64,000 nt of DNA. It comes from a virus. Taxonomy: Duplodnaviria > Caudoviricetes. Under the pieces are notes generated by a model. It was not told the DNA's origin and did no database searches. It worked only from the letters and a program-made list of their open reading frames with translations. The DNA is taken from positions 1 through 64,000 of IMG/VR virus record IMGVR_UViG_3300028591_000158; one strand, 5' to 3'. Made by a program: the position numbers and the translations under genes. Shown here piece after piece: positions 47,851 through 58,012 of this stretch. Within the stretch, counting starts at the first letter, position 1; each line of letters opens with the position of its first letter.

Positions 47851-48525
47851 ATGTCAAATTGTTTTCTTTATGCGTTTTGTAACCACAAAGACTGTGACAA
47901 AGATTTTTGTTTAAGAAAATATAAGTTAGAATATTTATATGATAATGCATTGGTATCAGAAGCTCAACGTAAGCATATAAAGTTAAGAATAGATGAAGAT
48001 GGAACTGATTATAATGAGTTTATGCAGCTGGCTGAAATTGAAAAAAATATTGAAAATTTTGTTCAAGAAGGTCAAAATTTATATATCCATTCTACAATAT
48101 GTGGCTGTGGCAAAAGTTCCTGGGCATTACGTATGATTGAGGCTTATTTTAATAAAATTTGGCCTAAAACTGATTTGATTTGTAGAGCCTTATTTATTAA
48201 TGTCCCTAGGTTTTTAGTTGCGTTAAAAGACAATATTTCGAATCCTAGCGAGTATATTGCACATATCAAAGACAATATTGCCAATGCCGATTTAGTTGTT
48301 TGGGATGACATAGCAGCTAAAGTTGGGTCTGAGTTTGAATTAAATCATTTATTAAGTTTAATTGATCTTAGAATTGCTAATGGTAAAGCTAATATCTATA
48401 CATCAAATTTAGATAAAGACGCAATTTACAATGCTTTAGGAGAAAGAATTGCCAGCAGAATTTGTAATATGTCACACGAAATTGAACTGCATGGTAGTGA
48501 TAAACGCTTCTTAAGAGTTAATTAG
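47851..48525 (+). CDS. DnaC/IstB-like helicase loader ATPase
   Basis: CGCGKSSW Walker A, LVVWDD Walker B, YTSNL, GERIASR. Confidence 0.85.
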   Translation: MSNCFLYAFCNHKDCDKDFCLRKYKLEYLYDNALVSEAQRKHIKLRIDEDGTDYNEFMQLAEIEKNIENFVQEGQNLYIHSTICGCGKSSWALRMIEAYFNKIWPKTDLICRALFINVPRFLVALKDNISNPSEYIAHIKDNIANADLVVWDDIAAKVGSEFELNHLLSLIDLRIANGKANIYTSNLDKDAIYNALGERIASRICNMSHEIELHGSDKRFLRVN

Positions 48526-48539
48526 GAAGAGGTGATTGT

Positions 48540-49919
48540 ATGACAGCACAATATCAAGTTTTATTAAAAATATTACAAACGGGCGATTTATCTATTGTTA
48601 CTTTAAATGATTTAACTGAAGACTATTTTTCAGATTATAGAAATGAATTTAATTTTATAATGAATCATTATAAACAATATAAAAAAGTACCAGATTTATT
48701 AACACTTGCTGGTGTATTTCCTGATTTCTTTCCAGAAACAGGTGTGCCAGAAGTTAAAGAACCAGATAATTATTTATTAGAAAAATTGTATGAAGATTAT
48801 TCATTTGCATATATAGTAAATAATTTAAAGACAACTAAAAATTTACTAGAAAAAGATGAAATTGAAAAAGCTCGTGATATCTTTATAAATGCAGCTAAAA
48901 ATATGCGTAGAGGATCCAGCTTAACTTGTACAAATTTAATAAAAGATACATCAAGATATGAAAGATATGTTGAAAAAACAACTAATTGGAATAAGTATTA
49001 TTTATCAACAGGTTTTCCAGAACTAGATAAATTAACTGGCGGTATTGATCGTGAAAATGAAAATATGGTTATTGCTGCACGTCCAGGTCGAGGCAAAACA
49101 ATGGTGCTAGTAAAGATGGCAACTGCTGCTTCTATGCAAGGACTATGTGTAGGTATATATGAGGGTGAAATGACAGCTGATAAATTAGGTTATCGTGTCG
49201 ACACTTTCTTAGGACATATTAAAAATTCATCTTTAAATCATGGTGACTTATTTATCCAAAAAGAATATAAAAAATATATAGATAGCTTAGCTGTTGCAAA
49301 TTATGGTGATATTAAAGTTATTACGCCAAATGATATTGCAGGAGCTCCAACAGTAGATGCATTAAGAGCATTTATTGAAAAAGAAAAGTTAGATATATTA
49401 TTTGTTGACCAATATTCACTACTTGAAGATAAAAGTGGTGCTAGAAAAGAAAATGAAAAAGTTGCTAATATTTCAAAAGCAATTAAACAATTACAAGTAG
49501 AAAAGCATATACCAATTATCTCTGTTTCACAAATGAACAGAACATCTAATAAAGATGAAAATGGTAAGGCTGGCGAAATGGATACTAACCAAATTGCTTT
49601 GTCAGATAGAATTGGACAAGATGCAACAGTAGTATTAATGCTAGAACGTAAAGATGATGATAAGTTAATTATTCACACAACTAAGTCAAGAGATGGTGGC
49701 GATAATAGAAAGTTAACTTATAAGATTGATTTTAATTATGGCTCATTTACATTTATTCCAAGTGAAGGTGACTCAATTACTACTACTGAGGACCTAGAAA
49801 ATATTGCACATAGTTATGATCAAAATATAGCAAATGAGATTGCAAATAATTTTGGGCCAGATGATGAAACACCTGATTATACAGATGTAACAAATTTTGG
49901 AAATGACAGGCCATTTTAA
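48540..49919 (+). CDS. dnaB: DnaB-like replicative helicase
   Basis: AARPGRGKT, FVDQY, SVSQMNR, IGQDA. Confidence 0.9.
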   Translation: MTAQYQVLLKILQTGDLSIVTLNDLTEDYFSDYRNEFNFIMNHYKQYKKVPDLLTLAGVFPDFFPETGVPEVKEPDNYLLEKLYEDYSFAYIVNNLKTTKNLLEKDEIEKARDIFINAAKNMRRGSSLTCTNLIKDTSRYERYVEKTTNWNKYYLSTGFPELDKLTGGIDRENENMVIAARPGRGKTMVLVKMATAASMQGLCVGIYEGEMTADKLGYRVDTFLGHIKNSSLNHGDLFIQKEYKKYIDSLAVANYGDIKVITPNDIAGAPTVDALRAFIEKEKLDILFVDQYSLLEDKSGARKENEKVANISKAIKQLQVEKHIPIISVSQMNRTSNKDENGKAGEMDTNQIALSDRIGQDATVVLMLERKDDDKLIIHTTKSRDGGDNRKLTYKIDFNYGSFTFIPSEGDSITTTEDLENIAHSYDQNIANEIANNFGPDDETPDYTDVTNFGNDRPF

Positions 49920-49944
49920 AATGTAGAAATGGGGGTGATGTTCT

Positions 49945-50901
49945 ATGTTTAGAGTAAATAATAATTATATAGTTAAAACTGATATTGAAGAAATATTACA
50001 AAAGCTTAGATTAGTATTAACTAATGGAAAATTATCTAACTTCCGTAGAACATCATCAGGCATTAGTGTTCCTTGTCCTCATCATGCTGGAGGACAAGAG
50101 AGTCACAATTCTTGTTATATAACAGATGATGGTATATTCCATTGTTTTACTTGTGGAACATCTGGAAATTTTGTTAAATTTGTACAAGAATGTTTTGATT
50201 GTTCAAGAGAATATGCCGAAGAATGGTTAATAACTAATTTTGGAGAATTATCAGCTCACTCTATAAATATTGATTTAGATGTCTTAGATATAAAAAATAA
50301 ACAAAAAAAGATATTTTTAGATAAGAATATACTAGAGAATTTTCAAGATTGGTGTCCATATTTTGCAAAAAGAGGCTTATCAGCTGAGACATGTAAGAAA
50401 TATAATTTAAAATATGATCCAATATATAGACAAGTTATATTTCCATGCTATGATGCTAGAGGACATTTATTAATGTTAGCTAAAAGATCTATAGATACAA
50501 AAACATTTTACTTAGACAAAAATATAGAAAAACCAGTATATTGCTTAAATACTATTATTAATAATAATTGTAGAAGTGCAATAATTACAGAAGGACCATT
50601 TGACTGCCTATTAGCTAATCAGTATGGTTTTCCAGCATGTGCCACTTTAGGTAATATTTCAAAATCTCAGATAGAGCAAATTAATAAGTCATCTCTAAAG
50701 ATAATTTATACTATGTTTGATAATGATGAAGCAGGAAGAAATTTTGCAAAGATTATTGAACATGGTGTTGCTAGAAATATTTTAGTAGTAGATATTAAAA
50801 TACCAAAAGGTAAAAAAGATATTGGCGAATTATCTTATGAAGAATTTTGGAATATTTTAAATACTTATGGTATTACACAGCAAAAAAGCTGTATAATATA
50901 A
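49945..50901 (+). CDS. DNA primase (zinc finger + Toprim)
   Basis: CPHH..CFTC, ITEGPFD, FDNDEAG, KDIGE. Confidence 0.88.
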   Translation: MFRVNNNYIVKTDIEEILQKLRLVLTNGKLSNFRRTSSGISVPCPHHAGGQESHNSCYITDDGIFHCFTCGTSGNFVKFVQECFDCSREYAEEWLITNFGELSAHSINIDLDVLDIKNKQKKIFLDKNILENFQDWCPYFAKRGLSAETCKKYNLKYDPIYRQVIFPCYDARGHLLMLAKRSIDTKTFYLDKNIEKPVYCLNTIINNNCRSAIITEGPFDCLLANQYGFPACATLGNISKSQIEQINKSSLKIIYTMFDNDEAGRNFAKIIEHGVARNILVVDIKIPKGKKDIGELSYEEFWNILNTYGITQQKSCII

Positions 50902-50964
50902 AGTGCTGATTAAAGCACAAAAAGATACAAAATAAAAGATAAAAAATTAAAGGAGAAAAAAAAG

Positions 50965-51816
50965 ATGTCAAAATTTAGTATCAACGATTATCAAGAAGTA
51001 AAAGAAAGAGCAGCAGAAAATTCAACTAATTCTGCTGACAGAGTAAGAGTTGGATTCTTTAAGCTTAAGAATCATGGCGATCAAGCATTAGTTAGAATTA
51101 ATTGTAGTAAGTTAGAAGATTTAGAATTTGCTACAGTACATCAATTAGGTGCTGCAGCAAAATATATGAAGGTCAGCTGTTTAAATAAAGTTGGTGAATA
51201 TACTGACAACTGTCCATTCTGTAAGGCAGCTAAGGCTGGAAATACAGCAGTTGGAAAAGCAGCTAAGAAGTGCTATGTTCAAATGTTAGTTTCTTATATT
51301 GACGGTGCAACAGGTCAATTATCTGCTCCAATTCCAGTTGTTTGGGAAAGACCTGCTGGATTCTCTTCAGAATTAGCAACTAAGTTAAAACAATATGGAA
51401 ATTTAAAAGATGTTTTATTTACTATTACTCGTAATGGTATTGCAGGTGCAAAAGATACAACATATTCTATCGATTATGCAATTCCAACAGTATTTAAGCC
51501 TGAATTTATCCCAGCTGATTTCTCAGCATTTGATAACTTTAGAATTGATAAGCATTCATATTGGGAAAAATCAGTAGATGAAATGAATACTTATTTAACA
51601 ACTGGTCAATTTCCAGAAGTTCAAAGACAACAAGTAGTTGATCCAAAAGCTTTTATTCAACCTACTCCAGCACCAGAAGTTCGTCCAATTTATGGAGCAC
51701 CAGTACAACCAACACCAGTACAACCTGCTCCACAAGCTCCAGTGCAACCAGCCCAACCAGAGCAACCTGCACAACCAACAAATAATGGAACTAGAAATTT
51801 TGGCCAATTTTGGTAA
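50965..51816 (+). CDS. Single-stranded DNA-binding protein (gp32-like)
   Basis: FFKLKNHGDQALVR, CPFC, RNG..KDTTY, Pro/Gln-rich tail ending GQFW; located between primase and polymerase. Confidence 0.7.
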   Translation: MSKFSINDYQEVKERAAENSTNSADRVRVGFFKLKNHGDQALVRINCSKLEDLEFATVHQLGAAAKYMKVSCLNKVGEYTDNCPFCKAAKAGNTAVGKAAKKCYVQMLVSYIDGATGQLSAPIPVVWERPAGFSSELATKLKQYGNLKDVLFTITRNGIAGAKDTTYSIDYAIPTVFKPEFIPADFSAFDNFRIDKHSYWEKSVDEMNTYLTTGQFPEVQRQQVVDPKAFIQPTPAPEVRPIYGAPVQPTPVQPAPQAPVQPAQPEQPAQPTNNGTRNFGQFW

Positions 51817-51867
51817 AATATAGTTGTATAATAATTAAATAATAAAATTAAAAATTGAGGTGGTCTT

Positions 51868-53619
51868 ATGCAAAGTCTTTTCGGAGATGAATTTAATATT
51901 GATTTTAATAAACCAAAAGCTAAAGAATTAGCTAGTAAAGCAAGAGTAACAGCTGGCTCTGAAGAATACGACCCAATGAAAATTCTTAAAAGTAAAAAAG
52001 TTTCATTGGAAGACCAACTCTTAGTAATTAAAGAACAAGTCATTAGGGTCTTAGGAAAACAACGTAAAAATATTGTTGTTATCAGAAGTCTTAATGACTT
52101 TTCTGACTATATAACAGCTTGTATAGAGTCTGGCTATATTTCAGTAGATACTGAAACTAATAACTCACTTGATCCAGTTACTTGTAAACTAATGGGTCTC
52201 TGTCTATATTATCCTGGTGGTAAGCAAGCCTATATTCCAGTAAATCATAAAGATCCAAAAACAAAAGAAAAGTTATCAAATCAAATAACTGAAAAACAAA
52301 TAAAAGAGCAATTACAAAGAGTAAAAGATGCAAAAACATTTGTAGTAATGCATAATGCTAAGTTTGATTTTAGTGTTATAAAGTGTACTTGTAATATTGA
52401 ATTATTAGCAGATTGGGATACTTCTATTGCAGCTGCTTTAATTGATGAGAATGAAGAAAAAGGATTAAAAAAGCAATATATATTACATATTGATCCTTCA
52501 CAACAAAAGTATAGTATTGAAGGATTATTTGCTCATATTCCTTATGCTTATGTTGATCCAGAAATATTTGCATTATATGCTGCAACAGACTCATTAATGA
52601 CTTTTAGATTATTTAAAGAATATCAAGAACCTATTTTATTAGCTGAGGATAATAAGAAAGTTAAATGGGTATTTGATAATATTGAAATGCCATTAGTTGA
52701 AGTTACAGCTAAAATGGAATTAAAAGGTGTATGTGTTGATCAAGCATTAGGAAAAAGACTTGAAGATAAATATAATGCTAAACTTGCAATTGTGGATAAA
52801 AATATTGCAGAAGAGCTAGATAAATTACAAGATAGAATAGTTAAGTGGAAGTTAACTAAAGATGCCAATGACGTTACTAAGAGATATGTACCTAAGAAAT
52901 CAAAATTATCAAAAGAAGCTTTAGAGAAAAGATATCCATTAGTTGATAATGATGGTAAGCGTTATGCAGTTGGAAAGTCTAAGGCATCACAATTAACTGA
53001 CCCAATTAATCTAGCTTCACCAGTACAAATGGCTATCTTATTTTACGATATTTTAAAAGCTCCTATAGTTAATAAAAAATCACCTAGAGGAACAGGTGAA
53101 GAAGAAATTAAGGCAATTGATGAAAAAATGAATATTCCATTATGCAAGCTATTATTAAAACGTAGAGGATTAGTTAAAATTTTAACTACTTATATCACAA
53201 CAATACCAACTCTTGTTGAACATTGGCCTGATAAAAGAATTAGATTCCATCTTGATCAAACAGGTACTGCGACAGGCAGATATTCATCTGGAGGAAAATT
53301 AAAGTTTATGGACGAGACTACAGATGAACCAATAGAAGTGTCGGGTATTAATATTCAAAATATTCCTTCACACGAAAAAAGTATAAGACAATTATTCATT
53401 GCTGACTGTAAATATGATACTGTTGAAGCTGAAAATAATGAAATTTCAATTCCAGAATATACAGAAATTGAAACTGTAAATGGATATAAATATCCAATAG
53501 ACTTAACTGATGCTGATATCATTGTTGGCGAAGATACAAATACAAATTATAAAATAAATAAAATATTATTAGATAACAAAATATATTATATAAATTTAAC
53601 TCCGTTTAACTCTAATTAA
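51868..53619 (+). CDS. polA: Family A DNA polymerase, N-terminal piece (3'-5' exonuclease, thumb) with a 70-aa non-polymerase tail
   Basis: DTET, HNAKFD, YAATD, TGTATGRYSS, NIQNIP..IRQLFIAD; then unrelated tail from 53407. Confidence 0.88.
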   Translation: MQSLFGDEFNIDFNKPKAKELASKARVTAGSEEYDPMKILKSKKVSLEDQLLVIKEQVIRVLGKQRKNIVVIRSLNDFSDYITACIESGYISVDTETNNSLDPVTCKLMGLCLYYPGGKQAYIPVNHKDPKTKEKLSNQITEKQIKEQLQRVKDAKTFVVMHNAKFDFSVIKCTCNIELLADWDTSIAAALIDENEEKGLKKQYILHIDPSQQKYSIEGLFAHIPYAYVDPEIFALYAATDSLMTFRLFKEYQEPILLAEDNKKVKWVFDNIEMPLVEVTAKMELKGVCVDQALGKRLEDKYNAKLAIVDKNIAEELDKLQDRIVKWKLTKDANDVTKRYVPKKSKLSKEALEKRYPLVDNDGKRYAVGKSKASQLTDPINLASPVQMAILFYDILKAPIVNKKSPRGTGEEEIKAIDEKMNIPLCKLLLKRRGLVKILTTYITTIPTLVEHWPDKRIRFHLDQTGTATGRYSSGGKLKFMDETTDEPIEVSGINIQNIPSHEKSIRQLFIADCKYDTVEAENNEISIPEYTEIETVNGYKYPIDLTDADIIVGEDTNTNYKINKILLDNKIYYINLTPFNSN

Positions 53620-53714
53620 CTCTAATTAATAGCCTAATTAGCTTATAACTAGTTGATAATTAACTGTATAATATAAAAAGTCTATATGACAAGAAAGGAC
53701 GGTGGTGCCACGCT

Positions 53715-54899
53715 ATGAGCAAAATAAAAACTAGAACAAGATATAAAATTGTTGGTTCAGATTATTCTGCTCAGGAATAGCCTGAGCCACGATTAGCCGC
53801 ATATATGTCTCAAGATCCAGAAATGAAAAAAGTTTATTTTGAAGGTAAAGATTTATATGCTAGAATTGCTCAGTCAGCATTTAACAATGATTATGCTGAT
53901 AATCTAGAATTTTATCCAGAAGGAACTGAGCTTGAAATTGATGGTAAAAAAGTAATAGCTGGTAAAAAAACTCATAAAAATCCTGAGGGAAAAAGTCGAC
54001 GTTCTGTTGGAAAAACATTACTTTTAGCAGCAAATTATGGCATGGGACCTAAGACTGCTGGTGAAAAAATGGGTAAATCTGCTAAAGAAGGTGGTGAACT
54101 ACTAGAGAGCTTTTTCAAAGGCTTTCCAGTTTTAAAACAAACTATTGAAGAATCAAAAGTATTCTTAAAAAAGAATGGCTATGTTGAAGATGCATTTGGT
54201 AGACGTAGGCATATTCCAGAAATCAATGAAAAGCCGTATGATGCAAGGTATGCTGATGAGAAAAAAGTTGAAGAATTAACTTTTAATCCATTTTTAAATT
54301 GTAATAATAGAACTTTTACAGATGATAAATTAAATAAATATATTACACTTGCAAAAAACACTAGAAATAATGAAGACTTTGATAAATTAGCTAGAGAGGC
54401 TGATCGAGATGGAATTATATTAACAGCTAACACTGGTAGAATAGCCCAAGCTGAAAGACAATGTTTTAATGCAAGAATTCAGGGTTCAGCAGCTTCACTT
54501 ACTAAGCTAGCAATGGTTAATATATTTAATGATGCATTATTAAAAGAATATAAAGCTGACTTAATTATTTCAGTACATGATGAAGTATTAGTTGAGTGCC
54601 CAGATTATTATGCTGACAAAGTTGAAGAACGTTTGCCAAAAATTATGATTGATACAGCTAAGCCATATATTGATATTCCGATGAGTTGTGACCCTTATAA
54701 TGTTACCCGTTGGTATAGTGATGAAATGGCTGCACAGCTAAGAGAAGAACTAGATAAAATGGAAAAAGGTGATCCAGATAAAAATATACCACCAATTGCA
54801 CATGATATTGCAGTTCAAAATATTTATAAAGATCATTGTGAAATTCCAAAAGAAGCTATAGACAAATGTTTAGCAAGTAATGATGATTTAGAGTTTTAA
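53715..54899 (+). CDS. polA: Family A DNA polymerase, C-terminal piece (motifs A, B, C), interrupted by in-frame TAG at 53778-53780
   Basis: Own promoter motif (53664) and GGTGG RBS; MSKIKTRTRYKIVGSDYSAQE*PEPRLAAYMSQD; KTLLLAANYG; SVHDE. Confidence 0.82.
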
Positions 54900-54913
54900 A
54901 GGAGATATAAGAT

Positions 54914-56041
54914 ATGATATTAAATACAAAATTATTTAAAGAAGCCGCAGATACTATATTATTAGCTATTGGCGTTGACAAAACAGTGACAAATCTAGAA
55001 TTAGCTGCTGGTAATGGAGCCTTATTTTTAAATGTAACTAATTCTGAATATTATGTATCAATTAAACAAACTATTGAAAATCAAGATACTTTTAAGGCAG
55101 TCGTAGATGCTACTACATTTTTAAGCTTAATTTCTAGTATTAGCACTGATGAGTTTGAATTAACAATTGTTGATAACAAAATAGTCATTAAATCTGGTAA
55201 AAGCAAATATTCAATTCCATTAATATATAAAAATGATAAATTACTGGAAGTGCCAGTAATTAGAGTTGATGAAGCAGCAGTAGAAATGCAAATTCCACTA
55301 GCTATTTTACAAAGTATTTTAAATATTAATGGCAAAGAAATTGCAAAAATTAAAAAATTAGACACCGATGAATTACAACGTTTATACTTTGTAGATGAAA
55401 CAGGTTGCTTTACTTTTAACTCTGGTGCTTGTATTAATTCATTTACATTAGCTAAACCTGTAAAAATGTTATTAAATGATAGAATAGTTAAATTATTTAA
55501 ATTATTTGATGCTGATGTAGAATTTAAGCTTGGTTATGAAACAACTCAAGCCGATAGAAAGTTAACTAAAATTGCTATGACTGCTAATAATGTTTATATG
55601 GCAGCTATTATTCCAAGTGATGATATTTTATTAAATAGAATGGCACAACCTTATGAAACAGCTAAGAAATTTTTAACATTAGATTATAAGTATAATGTAG
55701 AAATATCAACTACTGATCTAGAAACAGTAATTAATAGAATAGCTCAATTTACAAAAAATAGTGTTGAAAAAGCTAACATGTCCTGGATTAATATTTTAGT
55801 TACTATTAAAGATAATGAAGTGACTATTAAAGATACTTTTAATAATATAGAAGTATTTAATACAATTAATAATACAGCTACTAGTGAATCTTATGAATTT
55901 CCAGTTAACCTTCCTGATTTAAAAGCTGTTGTTGATTCATGTAAAAATGAAAAGTTAAGTCTTTTCTTTGGAAATTATAAAAATATTTTAATTACAAGAG
56001 ATAATATCTTTAATATTATACCAGAAAGAAGAATACGTTAA
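54914..56041 (+). CDS. dnaN: DNA sliding clamp, beta-clamp-like
   Basis: 375 aa, three-domain periodicity typical of DnaN; context with clamp-loader genes. Confidence 0.7.
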   Translation: MILNTKLFKEAADTILLAIGVDKTVTNLELAAGNGALFLNVTNSEYYVSIKQTIENQDTFKAVVDATTFLSLISSISTDEFELTIVDNKIVIKSGKSKYSIPLIYKNDKLLEVPVIRVDEAAVEMQIPLAILQSILNINGKEIAKIKKLDTDELQRLYFVDETGCFTFNSGACINSFTLAKPVKMLLNDRIVKLFKLFDADVEFKLGYETTQADRKLTKIAMTANNVYMAAIIPSDDILLNRMAQPYETAKKFLTLDYKYNVEISTTDLETVINRIAQFTKNSVEKANMSWINILVTIKDNEVTIKDTFNNIEVFNTINNTATSESYEFPVNLPDLKAVVDSCKNEKLSLFFGNYKNILITRDNIFNIIPERRIR

Positions 56042-56526
56042 TGGCAACTAATCGTGGAAAACAATTCGAGGCACATTTTAAGGCCGATTGACAAAAATCT
56101 TTTCCACACACATGGATTTATCGTTTGCCCGATCAAGTAAGTCGCTTTAAGGGCACTTCAAAAAATCCATGTGATTTTTTAGCTTACAATAATAGTATTC
56201 TTTGAATGTTAGAATGCAAAGAAACAAAAGAAGGAACATTAAATTTTTCAAAGATAGGTCAGTTTGATCTATTAAAAGCAAATTTAGGTTATGATGGTGT
56301 TAAACCTTATCTTATTATTTGGTTTGAGAGTTTTGATAAGATTTTTGCAGTTCCATTTCAAGAAGTTGTTAGAATGAAAGATGATGAGCTAAAGTCAGTC
56401 AGTCTTAAAAATTTAGAAAAAAAATTGTATAAAAATATTGAAATACCATCAGTTAAAAAAAGAGTATTTTTAGAAAGTGACTACTCTGTATTAATTGAGT
56501 TTGAAAACTCATTAACTGAAATTTAG
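56041..56526 (+). CDS. RecU-like Holliday junction resolvase, 161 aa, two TGA
   Basis: NRGKQFE, NPCDF, L(W)MLECK. Confidence 0.8.
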
Positions 56527-56538
56527 GAGGTTAATATT

Positions 56539-57075
56539 ATGGCAAGTGATAAGTTAAATAATGCGCTTGAAAAGGTTGGAATGTGTTATGGCGATTTAGT
56601 TAAAATTGCTAATGACATGTTAAATGATGTTGTATCACCAGCCAAAGCATTAATAAGAGAACAATTAGATAAAAATATTAATAGTTTATCTATTGATGCA
56701 CTACGTGACTATATGTGACAACTACAGGTGCAATCATTTAGTTTAAGTGAAATTAAAGAAAAAGCTGTATTTAAAGCAGATTTGGCAGATGCTTTGCAAA
56801 AAGAAGCTTATGCAATTAAGTTTAATGAAATTGATGGCTCTGCTGCAGTAAAAGAAAAGCAAGCAGTTGTAGCAGTTTCAGAGGAAATCTTAACTGAAAT
56901 ACTATATAGCTTATGTGCTAATTTACTAAAGACTACATTAGATGAAATTCATAGAGCTATTGATGCTCTTAAGTCTATTTTAATGTCTCGTATGCAAGAA
57001 ACTAAGTTTATGCAAGTAGGACAGACTTCAGAAATTCCTGGCACAACTAATGGTAGAATAATTTTAAATGAATAA
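56539..57075 (+). CDS. Helical hypothetical protein, 178 aa, one TGA
   Basis: AGGAGG RBS; frame open through TGA 56716. Confidence 0.65.
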
Positions 57076-57193
57076 GGAGATACTAGATGGCAAGTATTTT
57101 AGAAATTGCTAAAAGACTTGGTATTCTAATTAATAGATATCGCAAAAAAGTTTAATAAACATTGACTAAATTAAATATAAGTAGGAGATGATT

Positions 57194-57997
57194 ATGAAAC
57201 AATATTGCGTATATATCCACAAAAATAAAATAAATAATAAGATCTATGTTGGAATAACTTGTCAAAAACCAATATATAGATGAAAAAATGGTAGTGGTTA
57301 CCCAAAAAGCACACAGCCAAAAATGTATAATGCTATTAAGAAATATGGTTGAGATAACTTCGAGCATATTATAGTAGCAGAATCATTAACTTATGAAGAA
57401 GCTAATAAGCTTGAACAAGAGTTAATACTTAAATATGATTCATTTGTAAATGGCTATAATATGTCATTAGGCGGTGATGGAAATAAAGGACATATTGTTT
57501 CTGAAGAGTTACGTCAACAAATGAAATCTACTCACCGTGTGCCACATCCAGGCGCACAAGGAAAAACATTTTCAGAAGAGCATAAAAAGCATTTAAGTGA
57601 AGCAAGACGTGGTAAAAAATTTGGGCCAAGATCAGCTGAAACAAAAGATAAAATAAGTAAAGCTTTATCTGGAAAAATAGTTTCTAATGAGACTCGTCAA
57701 AAAATAAGTCAAGCAAGCAAAGGACGCCAATCATGAAATAAAGGATTAACTGGCATTCCAGGCCATTTACAATCCGCAGAAACAAGAAGAAAAATTGCAG
57801 AACAAAATGGTTATGCTGTTGGAGCTTATAATTTAGAAACAGATACATTACAGTTAACATTTGTTTCAATTACAAGTGCAATAAACTATTTAAGAAAAGA
57901 AACTCAATATAAAACTGCTAATAGAAATACACTTGTTAATTGTATTAAATTAAAAAAGCTATATTGTGGATTTATATGAAAAATAATTAAAAATTAA
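57194..57997 (+). mobile_element. Free-standing GIY-YIG homing endonuclease with NUMOD3 repeats, 267 aa, four TGA
   Basis: CVYIHKNKINNKIYVGIT, R(W)KNGSGY, KYG(W)DNF, GYNMSLGG, SEEHKKHLS/SAETKDKIS/SNETRQKIS repeats, YCGFI(W)K. Confidence 0.9.
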
Positions 57998-58012
57998 AGG
58001 AGATTAAAATTT

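Noticed and set aside
53407-53740. Group I intron joining the two polA pieces
   Set aside because: No P7/AAGAUAUAGUC core or guide pairing like that seen in nrdD; the gap instead has a promoter motif and RBS.
53778-53780. Genome-wide TAG reassignment (code 15) as explanation for the polA stop
   Set aside because: TAG terminates many genes here (e.g. 7712, 10276, 23729, 31523, 47133), and read-through would still leave three extra residues in motif A.
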